Below are positions 14,089-28,100 of a DNA stretch of 64,000 nt, piece after piece (the stretch's first letter is position 1; the number at the start of each line of letters is the position of its first letter). Origin of the DNA: Vicugna vicugna (taxonomy: Eukaryota); NCBI GenBank assembly GCA_013265495.1, contig MU059902.1, positions 1,612,001 through 1,676,000 on the forward strand, in the 5' to 3' direction. A program made the translations under genes and the position numbers. The notes below the pieces were generated by a model. That model was not told the origin of the DNA. It worked only from the letters and a program-made list of their open reading frames with translations, and searched no databases.

Positions 14089-14541
14089 GTAAGTGGGGCT
14101 GGGGCTGGGGCAGGGGCAGTCAGTCGCTGGAGCAGGCCAGGCCCAGACGCTTCCCTGTTCCAAATGTTTGGGGAGTTGAATTGAAGACCCGTCAGGGCAG
14201 TCACTGACTTGACATGTGCACTGTCTTTCTACTTAGAAAGTTGAAGATCTTTATTTTACTTCACTCTCCTGTGTGCAGTCAGTATGGGGTGCTGACCAGT
14301 GGGTAGGACAGACTTGCTCGAGGTCGGGGTGGAGGTGCCTGTGTTTCTTGAGAGTCTGCTGCCAGCTCTTCCTGGGTCTCCTGAGATGAGGTGGGGGTGG
14401 TGGATATTCCTGAAATCCTCCCCGTTCCAGGGAGAGAGGAGGACAGCATGAGCATCTGAGCCCCCTGAGTGATGCGTCTGTCCAAGCCTATAGAAGGGTC
14501 CCTTTGCTCGGATGTCTGTCCCCAAAGATGTTGGGTTTTGA

Positions 14542-14844
<303 letters not shown>

Positions 14845-15566
14845 TAGGGGCTGGCGCCCACCAGGAAGACAGGAAGTGTTTACTTGCAGCAGAGAAACAG
14901 ACCCCTGGAGGTGGAGTGATTTGCCCAGAGGCGTTAGCTCTGCCTGCGGGGTTGGGAAGAGCCCTCTGTTCCTCGCATCCTCCTTGGGCAGTCAGCAGGC
15001 ATTGGTGTTGAGGGGCAGATACACGCCCTCCGCTTATTTCTACAGGGAGCTCTTCTGGCTGGGTTTCTGGCTCATTGCAGGCTCTCCAAGGCTCTCACAC
15101 CTTCCTCTGGCCCGTGGGCCAGTCACCCTCTTGTGTGGCATATCTCTGCTATTCGAAACTTGCAATCTCTTTTTTAAATATTTGATCCAGCTTGGGGAAA
15201 CTTTAGGTACATTTTTCTACTCACTGCATAGCCTCTTCCATAAGAGGCTTGTTTCCCAGGTTAAAAATATGACGAAGGACTTTTGAGAGAAAAGTTTTCC
15301 CAGGTGAGGGGCAAAAGGTACCGTCAGAGTCTCCATAGAGTGCTGGCCTCCCCAGTGCACCGTGCACATTCCCCTGACCCTGGCGTCCTGGTCTCTGCTT
15401 GCTCAGAGGGGAGCTGGTGGACTAGCATGAAGCACTATACCCCCGTCTCTCCTGAGCCCCTGGGCTTTGCAGAAACATTACCAAAGGCTTGGTGGTTTTA
15501 GGAGTTGAGCTACATTGACAGCTCAGCTCTTTGGGGTCACTTCCCATCTTGTCAGATGAAATCAGC

Positions 15567-15588
15567 GTGTGTGTGTGTGTGTGTGTGT
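15567..15588. repeat. (GT)11 microsatellite
   Basis: Read directly. Confidence 0.95.
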
Positions 15589-15993
15589 TTGGATCTGGTG
15601 GGAAGAGTGGGCAGTTACACGGAGTAAACAGAAAGGGGGAGGTGACTTCAGGCTGACTTTAGGTGTAATTGTCACTCAGGAGAACGTGGCAGAGTAGCTG
15701 CCTTCGCCCCCCAGAGGGCCTCCCTCATGTCAACTGCACATCATTCAGGACAGTCCCCGAAGATGTGTGCTTAGTTTAAGCTGTGAGTTTTTCTCTTTTT
15801 CCATGTGAACCCACCCATTCACCCTCTCCTCCCTTTGCTCCACATTGACCCTCATGCAGTGGGGGACGGCTAGAGGTGCCTGTGGTTTGCCAGGGGCCGG
15901 GATTTGCTGTATGGCTGTTGGTGGGAACTGCTCTTGAGGCTCTGCGGGGGAGTGGGCTCAGGTGGCCCATGTGGAGACTAGGGTCCAGTCTGA

Positions 15994-16380
<387 letters not shown>

Positions 16381-16531
16381 TGAGATTCCCGTCCCCAGAT
16401 ACTTGTTCCTTCCTGGCTGCACTGGCCCCTTCTAGAGCTTTCTTGCCCCTGGGGATGGAGCTCAGAATGCGGGACCAGGTGTCAGCCGGCCGCAGTCGTC
16501 AGAGGCTGCTGGGCCATCCTCCTCGACCTGA

Positions 16532-16687
<156 letters not shown>

Positions 16688-16951
16688 TGAGTCAAGTGAC
16701 GGCAGCCAGCAACTAGTGTCTTTTGAAAAGCTCCCCTCCCAGATTCTCCCTGGGTGGTGGCAGTGTCCTGGCTTCTAGGGAGGGGCCTAGAGTAGCCCCC
16801 GAGACTGGCTGGATCAGGGCCGGGCCTGTGGTCCCTGGAGCCACGCTCGCTGCCTCATTGCACAAACCTTGCTATGGTCCGGGCGCCAGCATCGCGGGGC
16901 GGAGAGAGCCACCCTCCCCTAGAGCCTCCATCCTCCCTTTCCTGGCCCTAG

Positions 16952-18403
16952 GAGATCAGCCGGCCCAACTCACCGTCTGAAGGCGAGGGAGAGAGTTCGG
17001 ACAGCCGCAGCGTCAATGATGAGGGCAGCAGTGACCCCAAAGACATTGACCAGGACAATCGCAGCACGTCCCCCAGCATCCCCAGCCCTCAGGACAATGA
17101 GAGCGACTCGGACTCCTCGGCCCAGCAGCAGATGCTGCAAGCCCAGCCTGCAGCCTTGCAGGCTCCCGGTGGGGCTGCTCCAGCCACCTCCTCAGCACCC
17201 CCAGGAACCGCCCAGCTGCCCACATCAGGGCCCACGCCCGCTGCCACTGCTGTCTCTTCACAGGGCTCCCCCTCAGCCTCCCAGCCCCCCAGCCAGCCGC
17301 AGGCTCCGTCAGCTCCTGCTCCCCACACCCACATCCAGCAGGCGCCTGCCCTACACCCGCAGCGGCTGCCCTCACCGCATCCCCCGCTGCAGCCTCTGAC
17401 AGGGCCAGCGGGCCAGACGTCCGGCCCGCAGCATCCCCAGCCTCCACTACATGGTCAGGGCCCGCCTGGCCCTCACGGCCTCCAGGCTGGGCCTCTGCTT
17501 CAGCACCCAGGCCCCCCTCAGCCCTTTGGCCTCCCTCCCCAGGTCTCCCAGGCAGCAGCTCACCCTCACACCTCCCTGCAGCCCCCAGGCTCTCAGTCAG
17601 CCTTGCAGCCCCAGCAGCCCCCACGGGAGCAGCCCCTGCCGCCAGCACCCTTGGCCATGCCGCACATCAAGCCCCCGCCCACCACGCCCATCCCCCAACT
17701 GCCGGCACCCCAGGCCCACAAGCACCCACCTCACCTTTCAGGGCCCTCACCCTTCTCCATGAATGCCAACCTTCCACCCCCACCAGCCTTGAAGCCCCTG
17801 AGCTCCCTGTCCACCCACCACCCTCCTTCGGCCCACCCTCCTCCCCTGCAGCTCATGCCTCAGCCCCAGCAGCTGCCCTGCCCTAAATGCCAACCTTCCA
17901 CCCCCACCAGCCTTGAAGCCCCTGAGCTCCCTGTCCACCCACCACCCTCCTTCGGCCCACCCTCCTCCCCTGCAGCTCATGCCTCAGAGCCAGCAGCTGC
18001 CCTCCTCCCCCGCCCAGCCCCCTGTGCTGCCCCAGAGCCAGAGCCTGCCCCCTGCCACTGCCTCCCATCCTCCTGCAGGCCTCCACCCCATCCCCCCTCA
18101 GCCCCCATTTGCTCAACACCCCTTTGTCCCTGGGGGCCCTCCTCCCATCACCCCTCCAACTTGCCCCTCCACCTCCACTCCTCCGGCGGGACCCGGTCCC
18201 TCGGCCCAGCCACCCTGTTCGGCTGCTGTTTCTTCGGGAGGCAACGTACCTGGGGGGGCAGCCTGCCCACTCCCCACGGTCCAGATCAAGGAAGAGGCTC
18301 TGGACGATGCCGAGGAGCCGGAGAGCCCCCCGCCCCCGCCTCGGAGCCCGTCCCCCGAGCCCACGGTGGTGGACACCCCCAGCCACGCCAGCCAGTCGGC
18401 CAG
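16952..18403 (+). CDS. RERE: RERE large Pro/Gln/Ser-rich exon ([10 protein letters not shown]...HASQSAR); as assembled it is 1452 nt and contains a 124-bp frameshifting duplication
   Basis: CCTAG| acceptor, AG|GTATTG donor. The ORF track splits it into two frames (17132 and 17913). Removing 124 bp gives 1328 nt, restoring the phase 0-2 required by the flanking exons. Confidence 0.93.
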
Positions 18404-18488
18404 GTATTGGTCCCCAGGGATCTGGGGTTGAGGCGGCCTCGGCTTCGGCTTCGGCAGGGACCCCAGTGAGACACCGGGCCTTTTTTAG

Positions 18489-19790
<1,302 letters not shown>

Positions 19791-20579
19791 TAGGAAGCCG
19801 TTGTCCTTGCTCGGCCCCTCGGCTCTCCAGAGCTGCAGGTCCCCCAGAAAGCTGAGTCACTCTGAGGCCTTCTGCCCACAGCCTCATGAGAAAGCTTAGT
19901 TTCTTGGTCCTGTGCCCGGGGTAGGGGGCGGGGAGCGGGATGGAGAGGAGCAGCCTGTACTCACTGGAGCAGGTTGAGAGCAGAAGGCAGGACCCAAGGA
20001 GCAGGACGAGGCCGGGGGCCTTTGGGGCCAGGTAGAGGCACCTAGCACTCCCAGGGAGGCTACAGGTTGTCACTGAGTGGGAACTTTTCCGTTCTCCTTC
20101 AAGGAATGGGGCTTGGGCTTCTGCTGGCTTTGAGCTGGCTCTCCTGGCCAGGGCCACCCAGTCCTGTGCGCTCTGGGAGCATGAGCTTCTGAAGGCCCGA
20201 TGACTGGCCAGCTGCAGGTGCAGGCTGGTCTGAGGCAGAGACAGGACCGGCTGGAGCCCTGCTCCCTGTGCAGCTCTGCAGCGTAGCCGGCCGGGGTGGG
20301 AGACGGCCTAGCCCTGCTCCCAAGTCAGCAGATGTGCCTCCAGCCTAGGCCAGGGCCTGCCATAGGGGCGCATGGGTCCGCCTTCGTGCTGGGAACAGGG
20401 TGCGGGACAGAGTGGGCCACAGGGAGGGAGGGCAGCTCCTTTATTCCTGTTTATGTATGCATCCCTGTCTGACGAAGGAAGCAAGAGCTGTCACACTCAG
20501 CCTGTGGTCCCAGCACCTGGCACCTCGATGCCACCTGTGTGATCAGCAGATGTAGCTGGTTCTGTGTGAGGACAGACAG

Positions 20580-20700
20580 GCATTCATTCACACCACGTTC
20601 GTTCATTTGACGGATGTCTGCTGAGCACCTGCGAAGTGCCAGGCACAGCTGTAGACGCTGGTGACACCCTGTCCTTTACCTACCACGCCTGGTGGGCAGC
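20580..20700 (-). mobile_element. L2 tail fragment
   Basis: CATTCATTCA...TGCTGAGCACCTGCGAAGTGCCAGGCAC. Confidence 0.55.
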
Positions 20701-21280
20701 CAGTACACATCTCGGTTTATGAAGAGCAGTCAGCGTTCCAAAGGAAAACTGAGCAGGGAGAGGGAGGAAGAGAGCTGGGGGCAGCTTCGCAGTTGTAAAG
20801 AGGGCAGTGGGCCAGCCTCACCAAGCAGGTAACTGCTGAGCCAAGTTGCCACTGGGGTGAAAAGACGAGGAGGAGCAGCAGGAGCACCTCCAGGCCGAGA
20901 GCCAGCGCAGAGGGCCCGAGGCGAGGCAGTGCTGACTCCAGGGAACCAAGGGGTCCCCTGGGATTTGTTGCCAGCAGAGAGCCCCCCCCAGCTCGTGGCC
21001 CCATCCAGCAGTGCCTGCTTTACTGGCCTTTTTGGGGTTCGACAGCTGAAGGGCCAGAGAGGCAGCCCTGGGAAGGGTGCTGGTCCAGCCAGTGGCTGGG
21101 AGGAGGAACACTGGCTGGGGCAGGACCGGAGTGGCCCTGGGGTTCCTGTGGACCTGCCAGGTGCAGGGCGGGGCAGTTGGCCTGGTGGGCTGTGCTGATC
21201 TGGAGTCCTCAATGAAGCGAGTCTGGGGAGGCTCTGCCTGTAGGGGGACTCAGTAGTGGGAGGAGGACAGGTATGTGTAA

Positions 21281-21790
<510 letters not shown>

Positions 21791-22019
21791 TGAGTGCCAA
21801 GACCGTGGGGGGCAGTGGAGGACGAACAGAGGTGCCGAACTCAAATGAGGCTCAGGGAAGGCATCTGTGAAGGAGCAACACCAGGCTGGGGACTGGGGCT
21901 CCGGGCAGGGGATGCAGGGGTCGTTTTCCTCTCTCCCCTGGGGGGCTCTGCTCTAAGGGTCCCTGCTGAGTAAGTAGCTTTTTGCTCGTCCCCCATCCCC
22001 TTGGGAAGCTCTCTCCTGA

Positions 22020-22271
<252 letters not shown>

Positions 22272-22456
22272 TGAGGGCCGCCCCTCCTGGCTGTGCCCAT
22301 GCTGCCCCTCCCCCTTGTCAACCCCCCATGTCAGCGTCAGACTCCTCCCCCTCATCAGACTCCTCCCTCTCGTCTCTACCAGGCCCTGGCCTCTTGGCCG
22401 GGCTTGGGGAGGGGAGACGCGGGAAGGGGCAGCAGCGGGCCCGGTCCTGCCTGCCC

Positions 22457-22587
22457 NNNNNNNNNNNNNNNNNNNNNNNNNNNNNNNNNNNNNNNNNNNN
22501 NNNNNNNNNNNNNNNNNNNNNNNNNNNNNNNNNNNNNNNNNNNNNNNNNNNNNNNNNNNNNNNNNNNNNNNNNNNNNNNNNNNNNNN
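22457..22587. other. Assembly gap (131 N)
   Basis: Run of N. Confidence 1.
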
Positions 22588-24990
22588 GGGGAGAAACAGG
22601 ACTTTTTACATACAATAGGAGCTGCAAAAGCAAAAGGAATATCTTCTAAAGATTTCTTTATATATTTAAAAACCCCACAACTGAAAACATATCAGCATAA
22701 TAGTGTTTGTTTGTAGAGAGGGTTCCTCGAGACTGGTTTGGGTCTCCCTGCATGACAGTCCCCCAGAAACTTAGTGAGGCCTGGACTGGACTGAACATTC
22801 GGAAAACTCGCCTGTGATCTTGGGGTTTGCCTTCAGTTTTCTTTTCTCTCCTTGATTTCTGCAGTAGGTGCTAGAATCCAGCTCACGCCCTCCACTGTGC
22901 GTGCAGACACACTCAGCTGCGTGTGTTCCAGAGCCCACAAGGTTTGCAGATNNNNNNNNNNNNNNNNNNNNNNNNNNNNNNNNNNNNNNNNNNNNNNNNN
23001 NNNNNNNNNNNNNNNNNNNNNNNNNNNNNNNNNNNNNNNNNNNNNNNNNNNNNNNNNNNNNNNNNNNNNNNNNNNNNNNNNNNNNNNNNNNNNNNNNNNN
23101 NNNNNNNNNNNNNNNNNNNNNNNNNNNNNNNNNNNNNNNNNNNNNNNNNNNNNNNNNNNNNNNNNNNNNNNNNNNNNNNNNNNNNNNNNNNNNNNNNNNN
23201 NNNNNNNNNNNNNNNNNNNNNNNNNNNNNNNNNNNNNNNNNNNNNNNTACTAGTTACAAACGGGCAAAAGCGTGGAACTAGGTTTGGGTGCAGCAGGGAG
23301 CAGCCAGGGACAGTGTTTTGCAGGGACAGTGTTACAAACAGTGTCTTTGTTTTGCTGTTTGGTTTTCACTTCGGTCTGTTCCCGGCTTGTGCTTTGCCAG
23401 CGGTGCAGACATCTGCTAGCTTGAGCCTCTCTTATTTTGCACCAGGAGCACAGGAGTTAAATGTCCCCCGTTCTGTCTCTGCGCAATCGAAAGCACATGT
23501 TTCTGTGTGTCTGACTGTAGATTTCCGTATAGATTTCTCTGCACGTGCATTTGATTGTTCTGGACGGACTGCCTTTTTTAGTACTTGGACAGTTTCATAA
23601 GCATTCTGGAAAGTTCAAGAAAGTGATTCCCTACAAGTCACTCACACGTTTGCTCGCCAAAGGAATCTGTTAGAAATCTGAGTTTTTGTGTGTGCCGTCG
23701 TTTGGATTGTCTTGTGGTGAGGCCGGGCCATCCTCGCCAAAAGCCCCAGGCGGCTTGTGAGTGCGGGGGATCCTGGAGTTGGCCTGGTTGTGGGTGGCAG
23801 CCTGTGTGTTACCCTAGGAGCATTGACTCGCGTTGGACTGGGAGGCCGTTTGGGTCCCACTTTTCATCCTGGAAGTAAGGCGGGAGTCGGGGCCGCAGAC
23901 ACGGGGCGGGAAGCAGGCTTCCACCTGGGGGCCGCTCCCCAGGGGTCAGGCATCCCGCAGAGAGCCCGCCTCTGCTTTCTAAGTTGCCCATGTGATGGGT
24001 TTTCTCCAGAAAGTGTTCTGCACCTGTCGAGCAAGCTTTCTGCGCGGATGTGACCTTTTCTGTTCCTCTTCTCTCCGATTCTTGAGGTTGTTTCTGCCGT
24101 TGTATGCGGTGGTCACATCCAAGCGTTGTCAGACCACAAGGGAGACTGAGGGTTAGTGGACGTGATGTGGGTCCAGGACCGGAGTCACAGCAGGTAGGTC
24201 GAGGGGCTGGTGCTTTGACCCAGAAACCAGCAGCTGTTAGCTCAGGTTCAGGTTCCGGATTCAAACCTGCACCGAGGGCATTTCCAGTTTCTATTAAAAC
24301 CATGTTTGGTTTCAGTTGGGACAGGTAGAGGATGGCTTTGTCTGTTGAAAATGTAGCTTGTTTTTTTTCTTTGTTTTCTCGCATTCCATTTCTGCCTTAA
24401 CTTCAGCTCCTTGAGGGGAGGCAAGCGCAGATGAACACTTTGTCATCACTTTGGTGGCCGCATTGGCAGGAGGTGTTTGCGTCCCTGGGGCTAGTGACGG
24501 GCCGTGGCGCCTCTTCCCGCGGGACCCGGGCCTCCTGCTGCTCCCCGACTCCTGCGCTGAGGCCCCGCCTTCCCCCCTTCTTTCCCCCTCTTGGTAGAAC
24601 ATGATGCCTACCTTTCGGACAAACCTTTATCTCTTCTGTCACCCGTTTTTCCAAAGAAGGGAGAGTGAAGTACTTTGAAGTCTGTACTTGAAAACTGTCT
24701 GAAGGTGTTCTCTCGTTAGGTTTTGATTTTCTCCCCACACCCCCAGGTGAAGCACTGAGATTTTCCATGAAAAACCCACAACCCGAAACCCTCACCTGGT
24801 CACCTGCAGTGTGTTTAGGAGGCCCCAGACCTTCTCGGGGCCTTTGAAGCCCGACCCCTTGGTTTCCGTTTGGGTTTCCTTCCTTTGTTCGGAGTTTAGT
24901 TTCCCTTTTCCCGGTTTCACGTGTACCTTGTTCCACGTCGTCAAGGTTGAGCTTCACGTCGCCACAGCGGGAGCGGAGTGTACATTCTGA
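22588..24990 (+). other. RERE: RERE 3' UTR (interrupted by N-gaps; true 3' end probably in or near gap 24991-25178)
   Basis: Follows the gap after the last visible coding exon; U-rich and non-coding, and resembles the mammalian RERE 3' UTR as recalled. Boundaries are inferred. Confidence 0.7.
22952..23247. other. Assembly gap (296 N)
   Basis: Run of N. Confidence 1.
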
Positions 24991-25178
24991 NNNNNNNNNN
25001 NNNNNNNNNNNNNNNNNNNNNNNNNNNNNNNNNNNNNNNNNNNNNNNNNNNNNNNNNNNNNNNNNNNNNNNNNNNNNNNNNNNNNNNNNNNNNNNNNNNN
25101 NNNNNNNNNNNNNNNNNNNNNNNNNNNNNNNNNNNNNNNNNNNNNNNNNNNNNNNNNNNNNNNNNNNNNNNNNNNNNN
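24991..25178. other. Assembly gap (188 N)
   Basis: Run of N. Confidence 1.
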
Positions 25179-28100
25179 CTGTGGTGCACTGCGTCTCGTT
25201 CCTGGGGGGGGCTCAGGCGGAGGCTTGGCGGTTGCCCCCAGCCAGCCCGCCCCCCGAGTGGGGAGGGGGCAGCGGCTCACCAGCACCCCGCTTACCTTCC
25301 GGAGCGGCTTCCAGAGAGATCCCGTCTGCACTGAAGAAGGGCTTCTCTGGTGAGAACACTTGCCCTCTCTCACCTGCAGCTAATGGGCCTGAGGGGGTGT
25401 CACTGGGACCAAGAACACCCTCTCCTCTGCCCGGGAGGGCTCTGAGCCCCCAGCCAGTGCCGTGGTCTCCTGGCCACTCCTCCTGCCTCGTCCCCTCTCT
25501 GAAGCCTGCCAGTGCCCCACCCTACCTTCAGCTGCAGTTGGCCTCCAGGTTGAGGTCGCATCTTAACCTCCCCAGTCCCCTCCCTAGGAATCTTACCCAC
25601 AGACTTCGTACCAGGTGACCTGCTAGGTGTGGGCATGGCCACAAGGGGGCAGCAGTCACCAGGATGAGGTCCTGTGGTTTCAGAGCTTGTCAAGGGTGTT
25701 TTCCTGAAGCGTCAAGACTCACTGGAAATTTATATGCTCGCCTTTTCACCTGGGATGTGGCCATGAGTTTCCAGATGTTTTGGGAGATGTAGCAGGAGCG
25801 ACCCAGAGCACTGAGTCAGACCACGCAGGGTCTGCCTTGTGGAGGCTTGGGGAGCAGCCCGTGGCGGGCACTACCTGGTTCAGGCGCGAGGAAGGTGGGC
25901 CCCAGAGGTGTGCTTGCCTGTGGCCCTGGAGACAGTCTTGAGTCCTCCAGTGGCAATGTGGGTGGTGGGGGAAGGTTGGGAGGGGCCTGCAGACGTGGAG
26001 GAGGCTCGTCTGCCTGGGTCGTGGGTAAGAACGTGGGAAGGAGTGGCCAGGGACGTGGAGGGGCGAGCGGATGGGGTCCCGGCACCATCTACCCTCAGCA
26101 GCCCCTCCGGTTTCACTGCCACGTGGACGAAGAAAGTGGCACTTGGCGGGGCTGGGTGCGCAGCCACCACGCTGATAGGTGTCCGTGCTGAGGGCAGGTG
26201 AACGTCACGTAGGCACCACCTGGGTAAATCGAGGCCACTTACCGCCAGATTAGGACGCACCAGGGAGAGATGGGCTGCTACCTCCCACGCCGACGTCGAG
26301 TTCAGGGTCGCACCGCTGTGCAGTCGTGGGTGCGAACCACTGGTGAGCAAGGGCTGGCGCTGCGGGGCCTCTGTAGGGAGACATTCGGGGATCCCCCCTC
26401 ATCCGAGCCGGGTGCCCTTTGCCAACCTCGGGCCTTATGATACACGCTCTGCCTGCACGGAGACCTGGGGCAGTGTAAGGGCACCACACGGACTACAGTC
26501 GCCCTCAGCCTCTGGGCTGAGCCAGTGGGTGCAGGCATGTCCTGAACTCAGAGCTGCGGAATCAAAGCCCCACCAGTTACCCTGACACCTGGGGTCAGGC
26601 TGACAAAGCCCGAGACCAGGGGACGTGGCTGTCCTGCACTGGACCCCTGAGCAGGACAGGCACTGGCCTCTGGAGACACTGAGGGACGGGGGGACGTTGT
26701 CCTGTTAGGCTTGTTGAGGCCACAGGGTCAAGTGAGCCCTTTCTGGATTCCTGGAGCTCAGGACTGGGCTGCTGGGACTACAGTTATGACTGCGGATGGA
26801 GCAGCGCAAGCTCTCCCCTGGGACTCGCCCGCCCTCACTGGGTTCTCTGTCCTGAGTTGGTGGCCCTTGGAGGTCTCAGTATCTGAGGCATCCTTTCTAG
26901 GGTCCTTGCTGGGTTCCCTGCTGCCCCAGTGAGTCCTGGGGCCTGACTGCTCCGACCCCAGGTGGCTTCTCGGGCAGCTGCCTGCCAGGAGCAGCTTCCA
27001 CGGTGTGTGTACTTGTTTCCTTCTGATGCATCAGGGGGCCCAGGCTGCAGAGGCTGCCCCCGCATACCCCGACCCAGCTCTGCTGCATGAGCTCCCTGCT
27101 CCCCACTACCCTGGGCATCTCATTACTGGGCCAGGTTCCAGCGTGTGGGAGGCACTTGCTCTGTAAATATTTGCTGGATGAATGAACCGGCCCCACAGAA
27201 GCAGCTGGGTGCACACTTTCCAGGGGTGCTGTAAGTTGTAGGCATGGATGAGCAGACAGAGGGGTCTTTAGCCCCATCTGGGGAGCTGGACCCACTGCTG
27301 TGGCTCCAGAAGTGGCCCCTCTCCCTCCCTCCCGTTTCTCGTAGTCCTGCCTCCCCCCTACTGGCTGTGCCTGCTTCAGGATCTCACAGCCCCTCTGACT
27401 CCAGTCCTGACTTACACTGTTCCTGGAAGTTTGGCTGGTGAGGGAGGACCTGCCTTCCAACAGTGACTGCTGGTGAGCTCCTAGGGTGAGGACAGCCAGT
27501 GCAGTGAGTGAGATTAAAAATAGCACTTTAAGGCACTTCTTAGACCTTTTTAGCCTAGGGAGGACTCCTGAGGTCAGCAGACTGTTTAAGGGCCGGTTTC
27601 TTCTATGTGCCTGACCACCACTTGTCACTCCCAGGTCCTCTTGTCCATTGCCCGGGCTCTGCTGCAGAAAAGAAGTGGAACTCAATCCTCACCGCCATAC
27701 TCACTCTTGGCCACCAGGTGGCAGTGTCTGCAAAGCCCAGGTACCATGCCTCTGGGTCTACCAGCCCCGGGAGACAGAATAGAATTCAGGCTGCAGAGAC
27801 TAGTCAAGGTCCCCCCAGCCCCCAACCCCACCCCGCAGCTGAGATGATCCGGGGGGAGGTGTGTGGGTACCACAAGTATTTTGTAAAAGAACAGACATTT
27901 CCTGGAGGCAGGGAGCCAGGCGGGGGGTCAGAGATGAAGGGACGAGGCGTTCTGGGCAGCTGGAACTGGTCACAGCTGGAGCAGGGGCAAGAGATGGGCG
28001 TGGAAGGGGACTGGGGGCTGCGGTGGGGTGGGCAGGCGTGGATGTTACAGTAAGGGAAAGACTGCCTCTCATTCCTGGCCGCATCCTCCGTGCTGGCTGG

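Noticed and set aside
17132-18469. 445-aa ORF with a novel C-terminus (…[18 protein letters not shown]…)
   Set aside because: It is the RERE exon frame shifted by the 124-bp duplication and then running into the intron; not a separate gene.
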